A stretch of 64,000 nt of DNA from Octopus vulgaris. Its lineage: Eukaryota. Both the position numbers and the translations under genes were made by a program. How positions within the stretch are numbered: position 1 is the first letter of the stretch; the number at the start of each line of letters is the position of its first letter. Positions 13,391 through 26,970 of the stretch are shown piece after piece. The notes beneath the pieces are model-generated. The model searched no databases, was not told the origin of the DNA, and was given only the letters and a program-made list of their open reading frames with translations. The stretch covers positions 744,001 through 808,000 of the forward strand of contig OX597838.1 in assembly GCA_951406725.2 (NCBI GenBank). The letters run 5' to 3'.

Positions 13391-13584
13391 CTCTCTGCCT
13401 CTGTCTGTCACTCTCTCTCTCCCTCCCCCCCCCTCCGTCTCTTTCTCTCTCCATTCAACGTTACGATGTAACTGTACCCGTATATAGAGAAGCCGTTAAG
13501 GCTTATCAGTGCCCTCAGCTAAACATAGATACGCGGTGAGCGATTATTTCACCGCCATTATCGCGGAAATATAAAATGCAAAAA

Positions 13585-14349
13585 TGGTTGTTAAAGAAGC
13601 TCGCTTCTTAACCACGTGCCTTCAGGTTCAATTCCACTGCCTGGTATGTTCGCAAGAGGCTTCTACAGTAGTCCAGGGCGGACAAATACCATGTGGATGA
13701 GTTTGGTGGACGAAAACGCCGAGAAACCCGTCATGCATTCATTCACACAAACATACATACATACATACATACATACATACATACATACATACATACATAC
13801 ATACTTGCATACGTACATATATATATAATAATATAATAATAATAATCATATATATATATATAACTATATATATATGTTACTATATATATAACTATGTATA
13901 TATATATACAAACATACCTACACACACACACATACACACGTTCGTGTGTGTGCATGTACGTATATAGATAGATATATAAATATATGTATACACACAAACA
14001 CGCATACATATATATATATATCATTAAATCCTTAAATCCTTAAAAATGTTTTAGCCCGAAGGCCGCGGCCATGCTGGGGCACCACCGCTGAATGAGCTAC
14101 ACTAGTTTGTGAATCCACCTCTGATACGTGGCACTTGATCAACAAGGGAGTTCGATGCTGCTGCCCGCATCCGTGTCTCCTGTCGTGAGGTAGGTTCATC
14201 TGGGACTCCCAACAAGAAGAGATCCAGTTTAGTTTTAAAGAAACCCACATCCACACCATGTAAGTCTCTCAGGCATTTAGGGAGGATGTTAAAGAGCTGT
14301 GGTCCTCTGAAACCCAAGCTGTTGCAGTATCTGGACCTGTATTTTGATG

Positions 14350-14389
<40 letters not shown>

Positions 14390-14611
14390 CGCATGTATGT
14401 ATGTATGTATGTGAATATGTTTGTTTCTGTGTTAGTCCCCCCAACATCGCTTGACAAACGATGCTGGTGTGTTTACGTCCTCGTAACTTAGTGATTCGGT
14501 AAAAGAGACCGATAGAATAAGTACTAGGCTTACAAAGAATAAGTCCTGGGGTCGATTTACTCGATTAAATGCAGTGCTCCAGCATGGCTGCAGTTAAAAT
14601 GACTGAAACAA

Positions 14612-14620
<9 letters not shown>
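13585..14620 (+). mobile_element. Microsatellite-containing SINE (head 13585-13735, tail 14420-14620) interrupted by a LINE fragment
   Basis: Head and tail match the two halves of the intact copy at 55621-56030. The internal microsatellite hosts the LINE piece at 14030-14350. Confidence 0.7.
14030..14350 (-). mobile_element. CR1/L2-group LINE 3' end
   Basis: GFRGPQLFNILPKCLRDLHGVDVGFFKTKLDLFLLGVPDEP...RAAASNSLVDQ (ORF 14102-14317), a short 3' UTR with a stem-loop, and a homolog at 51108-51862. Confidence 0.85.
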
Positions 14621-14654
<34 letters not shown>

Positions 14655-15132
14655 TGTGTGTGTGTGTGTGTGTGTTATTTCATCCACGTTGCTAAGGCTA
14701 TCGAATAAACGAGAATCCGGAGAGTTGTTTATCAATCCCATGCCAGAAGATCTACAAGTATTTGTGGCGATTTTACAAGAAGAATGGAATGAGCAAGTCG
14801 TTAAAATTTCATTAAATTTCAATCTCACGAAAATTATCATATTACGGAATAACATATACAACAATTTATTCAAGAGGTCTCAAACTTGACTTATTAGAAT
14901 TATGCAAATATAATCATATCATTTTGTCCAAAAGAATATGGGTAAAAATTATTGATACATCAAGTGTCTCCAGCAAATGAATTTTATACGTAATTCTGAT
15001 GAGTTGAGTTCGAGACCTCTTGAAGAAATTCTTGCATATATCATTGTATTATATAATTAATAATATTCATCAGATCGAATGTATGTATGTGTGTGTATAT
15101 ATGTATTATATTATATTATATTATATTATATC

Positions 15133-15181
<49 letters not shown>

Positions 15182-15325
15182 AAAAACACACCTTTTATCA
15201 ATTCAAAATGAAAAATTAAAGTACACCATCTAGAAAATGACATATAATAGAAATATTAAATAGAAGATAAAAAATATAACGATGATTGAGTAATGTGCAA
15301 AATAATAAATAAAACGTATATATTT

Positions 15326-15369
<44 letters not shown>

Positions 15370-15712
15370 ACATATATAAACACATACGATTGTATGCATA
15401 TACACATACACACACAGACATATATATACATGTGTGTGTTTGTGAGTGTGTAAGTTTTGTGAAATGTCTTTGTTCCAGTCGTTATTCATTGAAAGTAGGG
15501 GAATTCTGTCGGTGCTGCTGTACCAACATTCACACACAATCCCAAACTGTGTCAACAACAACAACAACAACAACAAGCAGCAGCAGCAGCAGTAGCGATA
15601 ATAACAACAATAAAAAAAACATGTGGTGTAATGTTGGGTGCCAGTGAGTCATTACGGTGAATTTGAAGTCACGATTTCATATCCATCAACATCCAGTCTC
15701 CCCCTCTCCCTC

Positions 15713-15743
<31 letters not shown>

Positions 15744-15941
15744 TCCCTTTCTGTCTCATCGTCATCATCAGATTTGTCAGAGATTTAGTTTCACAACTGA
15801 AGACTTTCAAACATATACACATACTTACACCTGCACACACGTGCACACACACTCGTGTCCGGATGTTCTTGTCCCATTTTGTATTTTACATATATATATA
15901 AATATAATTTTTTTCGTAATGAGATAAAATCCAAGGCTATA

Positions 15942-16002
<61 letters not shown>

Positions 16003-16061
16003 TACACACACAAACTCACACGCATACTAATGTAAACATGCATATATATATATATATTATA

Positions 16062-16262
16062 TGTAGAAAAATACAAACTGGGACAAGAACGTAAAACATT
16101 TAGAAGACGATACAAAAAACACGGACGGGACATTCGAAGCCTTCAATCTTCAGTCAAGAAACAGATCATCCTAGCAATTTCGGCTGATTAATCTTGACTT
16201 TTTTTATCGCTCCGATCCGGCCAGCCCCAAGGAAAAACTAAGCTACGAGCATTAGATTTCTT
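16062..16262 (-). mobile_element. Short interspersed repeat remnant (possibly Penelope-like) abutting TA-rich microsatellite
   Basis: Its end is an inverted copy (22 of 23 nt) of 15865-15887. Both sides are flanked by TA-rich runs. Confidence 0.4.
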
Positions 16263-16265
16263 GCA

Positions 16266-16296
<31 letters not shown>

Positions 16297-16446
16297 TATA
16301 TATGTTTACATATATATGTTTACATATATATATCTGCATCTATGTATATATATACACAAACATGCACACACATATCCATGTATTTATATTCATATTCATA
16401 CATCGATGTGTAGAATGATGAAAGCGACAGATGAACAGGAAGATGG

Positions 16447-16490
<44 letters not shown>

Positions 16491-16689
16491 AGCCTAATGT
16501 AAGTTGTTTACGTTAGGTGTCGTTTAATCTCCCTCTCTCTCTCTCCTTCGGTATATATATATATATACACACATACATGCATACACGTACACACACACTC
16601 ATACATATATATTTATATATAAAAAATATAGGAATGTATGTATGTGTGCATACACATACACATACATACACACACAAATATATATATAT

Positions 16690-16736
<47 letters not shown>

Positions 16737-17077
16737 TGTGTGAGTGTATATTTATACATTCTTATATATTTATATGTAAATATGCATATTAATAAATGTG
16801 TGTATGAGTGTATGTTTGTATGTTTGTAAGTTTGAATATATATATATATATATACATACATATACACACATGCGCACACAAAATTTACTAAAATTTACTT
16901 TGAACTTTTATCTGAATACATATCCTCCCTCTCTCTCTCTCCTTTTCTCTCTCTTTCTCTCTTTTCGTCCCTCAATGTGTGTGCGCGCGCGTGTAAATAC
17001 CCCCGACATCTGAGACAGTACTCTGCGTTCCGCAACTGTTTATATAGAGATCTGTGTTATATCTATGATTAGGCAGT

Positions 17078-17147
<70 letters not shown>

Positions 17148-17203
17148 ACATGCATGCACACATATATACATATATGTGTATATATATATACATATGCACA
17201 TAC

Positions 17204-17240
<37 letters not shown>

Positions 17241-17510
17241 TATACATATATACTTAGATATATACATACATATATGTACATACAAGCATGCATACATTTA
17301 TGTGTGTGTGTGTGTGTGCCTCTGTTTGTGTGTGTGCGTGCGTGTGCGTGTGTGTGTGTACTTGGTGAACTTTGAGAGTCTAGTATGCAACTGTTGACAT
17401 GAGGAATACGATGAGGTGAAGGAAGAGGAAAAGGAGCTGCGAGACAGACAGACAGACAGACAGACAGATATGTACTGCATCTCTACAGCAGAGGAAGACG
17501 TTAGCATCAC

Positions 17511-17550
<40 letters not shown>

Positions 17551-19739
17551 TCACACCCACACCACATACACACACACACATTCACACACACATTCACACA
17601 CACACACCACATATACACACACACGCGCGCAGATATAAAAGTATGTGTGTGAGAGTGTACAGGTGTGTATGTGTGTTCATGTGTGTGTGTGTGTGTGTTC
17701 ATGTGTGTGTGTGTGTGTTCATGTGTGTGTGTGTGTTCATGTGTGTGTGTGTGTATTTGTGTGGTATCAACGAATAACGAAGTGACTAGACGTTGAGTAA
17801 TTCACCAGACACGAGAAATTGTTGTTTAACTGAGCAGCTGTAATGAAATTAGTGACCCATTTTAATCTCCAGGGGGCGCTGTATTTTTTTTATCTTCTGT
17901 TAAGGACCTGGGATAGATAAAAGCTTTGCAACAACCCGAAGCAACGCGGAGAAGCACGAAACGAGATAAATGTATCCAAAATAAAACGACAAGATCCAGT
18001 CTTTTAGGTGTGATCTGGTAAAACATCGATAAGACCCTTTATTACATGAGTAGGGCCATTCTTCTTATAAATACTGCGGCTGAGTTTGAGCGGGTCTCTC
18101 CTCCTGTTGCTAGGTTTCATATTATTTTGTGCTTCGTTGCACTTTGATGTTTGGGGCTCGGCAACATTTCACATTCCCGTTTGGTGCACAAAAACACAAA
18201 CACCCCATAATTTTCTGGTGGTTTGTTGTTTGATGTTGCTAAGTGTTTGTTCTGTCTGTTTCACAATGTTTCAGGAATTTAGTCATTTCCGTTCTAATCA
18301 GAATTCGTTGCATGGGTCTTTCACACAAATCCGTTTTTATCAATAGGAATATAACTGATATCGCCATCGAGATTTCATTATCCAGTAAGGATCGGTTGAG
18401 AAGGCGAGACACTGATGCATAAACTCGTCTTCTTTGCCTTCTTAATCCTGGGAGGGCCTGGTGGGCTCAGAGACCTCAAGTACACCTTTCATCGGGTCCT
18501 GTCAGAAACAACCATCTCCTGTTGATCCGTCTGGATCCCCAAGCGAAACCAAGCAAGCTCATGGATGTTATCCAACTTTCTTTCTTGTGGTCTACTCCTG
18601 GGTTTCCTTGCTGGCTGGTTATCCCATAAAACCTGCCCAGCGAACTCCGAAGGGTCTTTGGTGTAACATTACTCGATAGAGGACGCTGATCAGAGAGACG
18701 CTCCGAGTCGAACCGCTAATTCTCTGAAGACACGCGGAAAGAATGTCTAGCGAAAGAATTACTCGATTGATAAACATACATTCTGGTGATTGAATTTTCT
18801 GCTGCATGTGATCGATCCACACGAAAATGGATTGAAATCTATTTCTCTAATAATCTTCTGTTTCATCTTGAATAGGAGATGTTAAATTCGAAATTTCCTA
18901 TTAGAAATATCATCTACAGCACACGAACGCATACAGATCGACCTGGCAGGCAAATCGATTGGTAGACCCATAACTATACACTCTACAGATGTTGTTCTTA
19001 TTGATAGCTGCCCAGGAGTTGCTCTAAGTGACGACTATAGTAATCACACCGTTATGTTATATAGTAAAACATGGTAGTACATCGCGTTTGAAATACCTAA
19101 GTCTACTGAACTGTTGCTACACTCTGTCTTTTTCATCTGTGATAGTACAAGAAACAAGGTAACCAACTGAGAACAGGTTTCTGTCTATCACATGAAACTC
19201 TTCAGCTTTCAACATGGCCACTTTACAAAAATTATTGCTGGAAATATTTTACCTCCATAGAGTTAAGAATTAAAAGTGGTGTTATTTTCAAGTGATGATC
19301 TCTACAAACAACAACAAAGCTGCAGAAGACCGTATGGAGGGAAGAAGAAAAGATGTGCAATTGGAGGAAAAGTGAAGCCTCCCTGAAAGAGCTGGCACAA
19401 AAGAAATATACTTGAAGAACTGGCATCAGTTATTGGTCAGAATTGGAAAATTACACGAATGTTTGGATCAATAGAAACTGAGAAAATGGTTTCAGAGTTC
19501 TTTGAAGTTGTAGATGAATGGAAATGGGCAAAGATGACCTGATGCAGGCAAAGATCTTACAAAAACAACCAAACATAGTTTTGATTTGTGGGGAAGATTG
19601 TGAAAGAAGTCAAAATTTGAACAGAAATTCCTGGCAGATTTTGGGAAAACTCAAATTTCCACAGAAAATTCATTAAATTGAGGAAACAATACAAAAGAAT
19701 TCAATAAATTATGCAAGAGAAACAGCTTAACTTTATACA

Positions 19740-20282
19740 TGCATACATATGTAAATAGACACACACATATACATGCATAAATATAAACATAGATATATAG
19801 ACACATATATACATACATACATACATGCATACATACATACATACATACATACATACATGCATACATACATACATACATACATACATACATACACACACTT
19901 ACATATATATATATATATATAGCTACACATGTATGTATGTATGTATGTACGTACGTATGTATGTATGTATGTATTTGTATGTATGCATGTATGTATGTAT
20001 GTATTTGTATGTATGTATGTATGTATGTATTATTTATGTATGTATGCATGTATGTATGTATTTGTATGTATGTATGTATGTATTATTTATGTATGTATGT
20101 ATGTATGTATGTATGTATGTATGTATGTATGTATGTATGTATGTATGTATTTATGTATGTGTGTGTGTCTGTCTGTCTGTATGTATGTATGTATGTATGT
20201 ATGTATGTATGTATGTATTATTTATGTATGTATGCATGCATGTATGTATGTATGTATGTATGTATGTATGTATGTATGTATG

Positions 20283-20313
<31 letters not shown>

Positions 20314-20380
20314 ATATGTATGTATGTATGCATGTATGTATGTATGCATGCATGTATGTATGTATGTATGTATGTATGTA
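19740..20380. repeat. Compound (CATA)n then (TATG)n microsatellite with variant units
   Basis: Direct reading; the two blocks are reverse complements of each other. Confidence 0.95.
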
Positions 20381-20867
20381 TTGCAATAAAACTGCTGGAA
20401 GCAAAGGTAAAGTAACTCTTCTGATAAAAGTACAGATGAAGAGAAGTTTCAGTTCATTTTCGCGTTTTAACCTCTTGGCAGACGAAAACAAATTTGTCAA
20501 CGTTTATTTTTAAACGTTTGGCTTCAGTGAGTTGCAAATCTAATCTTTACAATCGATGCATTTCCTATTAAAATGCTGTCTGCTTTTATATTCAAGTTTA
20601 TAATTATTAACTTTTATCGGCGGCAATCTAATTATTATGTTAAATTCATTGAACTCGAGTTTTAATTAAAAACATTTGTAGTCACATGTTGGATTTGTGG
20701 TAAATGGTGCAGTTTTATTTCCATCCTAAGAATTGACCCCTTGTGAAGGGAAATTGTCCAGGGTTTTTGTTGATTTTTTTTCAACCTTGAAAAGTAGATT
20801 TTTGTGCTGCATTCACTCCTTTTTTTCCCAATTCTAAAGTGACGATGTTTCACACCTTGTCTCAGAA

Positions 20868-20906
<39 letters not shown>

Positions 20907-20956
20907 ATATATTTAGGAATGGTCATATTGCCAGTTTAGCCAACAAATATTTAAAC

Positions 20957-21009
<53 letters not shown>

Positions 21010-21090
21010 CCTACATGTGTATATGCGTGTGTAGGAGTGTGCTAAATCAATGGTGTACATTGCTGTGTAATGTATGTGTGTACAGGTGGA

Positions 21091-21161
<71 letters not shown>

Positions 21162-23393
21162 TGTATATGTATATATATGTATATGAAGACATTGTCAATA
21201 TGTGTTGGGGTGGATGTTTGTAGTCTATATATATATATATAGCCCATATGTGTTTGTGTATGTCTGTACAGTATGTGTATGTATATACAGTCTATACATC
21301 TATGCTTGTGAACTGTATAAGGATCGGGCTATTGTGTATAAAATTGGTGTCGTCCGTAAAAGGAAAACGAAAGCGTGTGTCGGCAACCATGCATGACGAT
21401 ACATATGTCCCTGTGGCTGTGCGCGCGCGTATCTGTTCGTGTGTGTATGTGTTTGTCTGTATGTGTGCGTGTGTGTATGTGTGCGTGTGTGTCTCAGTGA
21501 ATATTAACTTTATGAACGCTTCTGTACACACACTCGCGTGCGCATGCGCGGTGCTCCAGCTTTATCTTAACCGTCATGGCTAAAGAAAACTGACGAAACT
21601 CAAGAACACACACATCAAAACATCTACGTATGTGCGTGTATGACTGTAGTTATGTGTGTGCATATAGCTGTGTGTGTGTGCATGTATGTATGTATGTATA
21701 TATGAATGAGTGAGTGTACGTATTTATATATATAGTGGTGTTTCTCTAAACACAGTTATATATATATATATATACACACAAATACACACCTACCCACACA
21801 CACATATATGAAACTAATATATTTATGTATATATATATATGTATGTGTTTACTATGTGAGTATGTTTGTGTATGCGCGTGTATATATATATATATACATT
21901 TGTGTGTTTGAGAGTGAGGGGGAGAAGGAGGGAAAGAGAGAGAAGGAGGGAAAGAGAGAGAAGGAGGGTAGGAGAGAGGAGAGAGAGGGAGAGAGAGAGA
22001 TGTGATGGGAGAGGTTGTCAGCTGTGATGACAATAAATTTACTCCGATGAATCCCAGATGTGGAGACTGCAACATAAATACAACAACAACAGCAACAATA
22101 ACCTACAATAACAACTAAAACAACAACAACAACAGAAATTACGACAACACCAAGAACAATAAGGCTTTCCTTCGATGTTCCACATCGTTTCAATGTTGGC
22201 TTTATTACAACTCCGACGCCCCACCCCATAACACTAATACATAACCATCAGCGCCACCTCTATTATTACAGCTATTATCATAACTTCCACCGTCACTACG
22301 ACGACTACCAATGTTGATGTTGATGATGATGATGATGACGAGGGGGAGAAGGATTATGGGTATGGTGAGAATGATGATGATGATGATAGTGCTGCTGTTA
22401 CTGCTAATGATGATAATAAAAATTTTAATGAGGAGGAGGAGGAGGGGAGGAGGAGGAGGAGGAGGGAGGAGGAGGAGGAGGAGGAGGAGAATTAGAAACT
22501 AAACACAACAAAGGTAAACTCCTCCGTTAGGTGAAACCCATGGTCGTGCTTACTAAATTAATGAGTACTTAATTACGTTACGTAATTATACAGCCTGTAT
22601 CATCAACATAAGATAATTACATCGTAGGCCAAGCCTCCCCCCCCCTAAATTTATCGTCAATTTTTTTATCCGCTGACTAAATACATCGCTAAACATCATT
22701 AATTTTATTTGGAAAGGTAAATCATTAATATTTCATTAACGATAAAAATTTAATTCAAGAGGTAAAAATTAATTTAAATCGAATTTACTTGATATAATTG
22801 ATAAAGAAAGAAAGGTTAATTTTAAAGCCGGAATCACAAAAAGTACATCAAAAGCATGAACCTATTTTTGAATTGGATGAAAGATTCTAAACCACGACTC
22901 ATCAGCGACGCCTCTTCTAGAATATTCAAGCATTTGACGATGTTGAAGATTATGGATGGAGTTTGAATTTTCACTCTACCATCTTTATATATTTCCACAT
23001 AGATAAATCGATAATATAATCGAAAATATAAATCGATTAGCTGCACAGAACCATTACATCTGAGGATCTTAAGATACTGATATAAAAGAAACACGTGGTG
23101 GAATCTCGAATCGTGGACATTTTAAATTAAAGATTTCCGTATTCTTTGTTATGTCTTTCTAATATAATCTGGAATTTTGCACGAAATCCTCCGCAACGAT
23201 CTCGGGATGCAACAAGCGAAAAGGGGGCAACTGTAATTGTTTATTCAACACATTTCCTCGTGTTTCATAAGGTTCGATATACGGTTAGGGAAGTCTGAAT
23301 TTTGACTGAGTTAGGTACCTGCCTGGATTTCAAATCTACATTCCTTTGTGTTATACATACATACATAATACATGCATACATACACACACATAC

Positions 23394-23528
<135 letters not shown>

Positions 23529-24206
23529 TCTCTGTGTCACCAATTTTCTGTTTGACAACTTCGTTTCTGGATTGTTTCTTTTCCAAGACTTCTAGGAATT
23601 TTCAGATTCTCAGTCGGGAGTTTTAGCTAAAGCCTTTTTTCGTTGTTAATAATGTTTAACGATAATCTTATTCGGTGGATAACTGAGAGAAATAAATCGA
23701 TGGATTGACAAACGGCTGATTGTGACCCGATGGAATTATGTTGTTATGAAACGACAGAAAATATATTTACCGTAATGCAAACGACGGTGAATTTACAGAG
23801 AACCATACACGGCCTCTAAGTTCCGGATCCACCAGGGTTCCATTAAATTATGGAATATGAAAATAAACACCAGACAACAGAGCTAATGAGGATGAATGGA
23901 ATGTCTCCAATATATGACAGCTTGCATACTCCAAAAACATACGTGTTGCTTTGACCACAACAATTCTCCGGACATTGGACACAATCTGCAGGACAAGCTT
24001 ACAGTGTTGAAAGGAACCAGGAACAAAATTTCAAAACTATCAGAGAGTATATATATATATATATATGAAAACATAAACATGTTTATTTCTATATATGCAT
24101 GTTTCCACGTATATGTGTTTACACACATATTTGTACCATATATAAATGACATTCATAGAACATTTGATATTCCTACTTAAATACACATACCATTTATAAA
24201 GAAACG

Positions 24207-24239
<33 letters not shown>

Positions 24240-24916
24240 CATACGCGCACATATACTTACGTATGTGCTCTGCTGTATATGTATATAATATATATGATGT
24301 GACTAATACCGCCAAGTCGTTAAGAAGAGCGAAGTCGTGTAAAGGTCATTACAAAAAACGGTGAAAAGTGAAGAGATGACGGAAAACAGGTCAAGTTTAA
24401 AACACTTCAATGTCCGAAATATTGATCATCTCAGCTAAATTGTCTCAAGGTCATGCGCCGTATGCTATGAGTCACGTGATGTTTGCAAAGTGGGTTCAGG
24501 CTCTTCTTATTGCCCGGCCCCAGCTCACTCTTCAGCTGGACACGATCAAACATGCTCCAACCAGACCCCCACCCCTACATCTCAACTATTATTTTGACAT
24601 AGTGTATCGAGGAATTTACTCATCTATACATTCTTATTCGTTATTCATTATGCATTCTTATTAGTCTTTATGCATTATTCAATGTGTCCTTTTTTGTTTA
24701 TAATTAGGATGTGATTTCAGGGAGATTCAGTTTTTACGTCCAGCGTTTAGGATGACCAGATCGATAGGCACCTCTTGGCTCGTATGTCACTGAGTAATTG
24801 TTGCTGTTGATGCTGTCGTTGTTGTTAAGCAACAAGGCGGGTAAGGGTGATTAGGTGACGGTCTAGGGCTTAGGGGCGGGAGACCCCAGACCTTGGGGAA
24901 AAAAAAACTTTGGTCG

Positions 24917-25117
24917 TTATGTTGTAGTCGAGGGCTCTTCGTTGACGCCCGACACCATTGGGAGGTGGTCCTCGAAGTCGCTGGAAATGGAGATCTCCAG
25001 GTCCAAATTCTTGGGCGGCTGTTGTTGATGCTGTTGTTGTTGGCAGAAAGAGTAGGGCGCCGAGCTACATCTCACATATCGATGTGTTGACTTGTCGTGC
25101 TTCTCTCCGCGGCCCAT
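24917..25117 (-). CDS. Candidate 66-aa small ORF (MGRGEKH...RCSSAP...QQQQHQQQ...LDLEISISSDFEDHLPMV...)
   Basis: Complete ATG-TAA ORF in unique sequence. By hand count, 44 of 66 codons end in G/C in an AT-rich window. It lies about 330 bp from an E-box cluster. No family recognised. Confidence 0.4.
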   Translation of the reverse strand: MGRGEKHDKSTHRYVRCSSAPYSFCQQQQHQQQPPKNLDLEISISSDFEDHLPMVSGVNEEPSTTT

Positions 25118-25440
25118 TAAGACCGCTTAGGCACCGAGGAAGCTGGTCTTATGATACATATCTGCAGTGACTTTCTTGGTGGGGAAAAACACTACTACTA
25201 CTACTATGTTGTACTGCGCAGTATTACAGTAGTTGTAATGCCTTGTGGTGGTGGTAGTGGTGGTGGCGGCGGCGGCATTAGTAAAAGTAGGAGGAGGAGG
25301 AGGGATGTCAACCCATATCCACCTACTCCCACCACCACCACCTCCTCCCTCTCTCCTCATCTCCTCATTTCTGCATTCCAGTTATACTTTCGGGTAAAAT
25401 TACTCCTCCCTTCTGCGTTTTCTTCCTCCTCTTCTCCTTC

Positions 25441-25622
25441 CACTTCCGGTTAAGTCACGTGACATCAGACCTGCCTGTAATCCAGTGTGAATGTCACGAT
25501 GGAGGACAAGGTTACAACTGAGTATCACGTGACAAGCTTGTAGTCAAGTGACTGGATGAAGTCACTACCAAGTGCCTGTGACCGTCATCCAGTATCTGAC
25601 CTCTCTGCATCACCACGTGACA
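25441..25622. promoter_or_regulatory. E-box (USF/MiT-TFE CLEAR-type) cluster with ETS site
   Basis: CACTTCCGG (25441), GTCACGTGAC (25454), ATCACGTGAC (25524), GTCAAGTGAC variant (25543), CACGTGAC (25614). Confidence 0.6.
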
Positions 25623-25788
25623 TATCATTTCACCAGCTGCGCCGCAGTTATTTCCTCCTTTTCCTCCTCAGACTTCCTTTCCATACCACCACCATCATCA
25701 TCATCATCATCATCATCAGAGAATTTTATGCAAATTCATTTTGTGCCTTATCAAATGACACTGTTGTTATTCTTATTAAGAAAATCCC

Positions 25789-25872
<84 letters not shown>

Positions 25873-26180
25873 TATTATTATTATTATTATTATTATTTTC
25901 ATTACTCATTGTCAAAGCTGGTGACATGCACCGATTCCTACAAGTGCTACACTTAACTGCACCCTCCCTCCAATCCTAAAAACTCCCCCCCACTCACACA
26001 CACAACTAACCTTAAAAGAAAAAAACGTAACGAATAAACAAAACACGAAAATAAATAATTTTGCACTCGAAATCTTGTTGAATTGTCGTAGTTTTAGGAG
26101 CTTCTGTAGAAAAGAGGAATTTAATTAAACATCAAGTGTAATAGTTGATATTGTATGTAAATAACCCCAGTTCTATATAT

Positions 26181-26230
<50 letters not shown>

Positions 26231-26747
26231 ACTGTATATACGCAACCACATGCGTCTTTCGACAAAATCTATGATTTTTGCTTCATTTGTTTTTATCTTA
26301 TTTTTGAAATATAAAAATAACATGAGAATTTAATTACAAGTGTGACATACCAGAGAAAAGGAAGGAGCAGTCAACGAAATAAAAATACATTTTTAATCAG
26401 ATCTGTTTAACTGTTGACGAATTGGTTTTGAATAAACGATTAATCGGTTGGCAACGAACAAACAGATAAACAAACAAAGCGGGAGAGATCTGACACTGAC
26501 AAATAAATTCGGTTTTGTGTTAATCAGGCACAAAATCTTTGTGCTTCGAAAGGGAAGAGAAATAGGATGTTAGTGTCTCCCTCTAGGGGCATAAACATTA
26601 ACGAACTGACGGCATCACTTTCAGACAGATTTAATATTTGTTCGTATAAACACATGACGTGGACTGCTTTCAGAAGCGGAATACTGGGTTCAATACAACG
26701 CAACGTAAACATATATTTTTGTAGTTGATAAGTAGCAGTCATACACT

Positions 26748-26970
26748 GAGGGACCACGTGGCTTAATGGTTAGAGTGTTCGACTTATGAATCCTGAAATT
26801 GTAGTTTCGATTCCTGTACCGGGTGACTCGTTGTGTTCTTGAGCAAAACACTTCTTTTCCACTCAGCTGGAAAAAACGAGTCACCCTACGGCGGCCCGTC
26901 CAGGAGCGGGAATATTTAAGACACAGAAAGCGAGAATCCGGTCCTATGAGTAAACATGACTCGAGAAGGC
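26748..26970 (+). mobile_element. Degenerate tRNA-derived SINE
   Basis: GTGGCTTAATGGTTAGAG A box, GTTTCGATTCC B box, GTTGTGTTCTTGAGCAAAACACT body. Confidence 0.75.

Noticed and set aside
14990-15035. CTGATGAG...GAAA hammerhead-like core
   Set aside because: No convincing stem II or stem I pairing
17990-19700. 1.7 kb of complex sequence, possibly old transposon
   Set aside because: No recognisable protein motif, termini or second copy in the window
24790-25065. Alternative minus frame containing RQRRALD (furin/TGF-beta-like)
   Set aside because: No start or good acceptor, no cysteine-knot sequence, and codon bias favours the other frame
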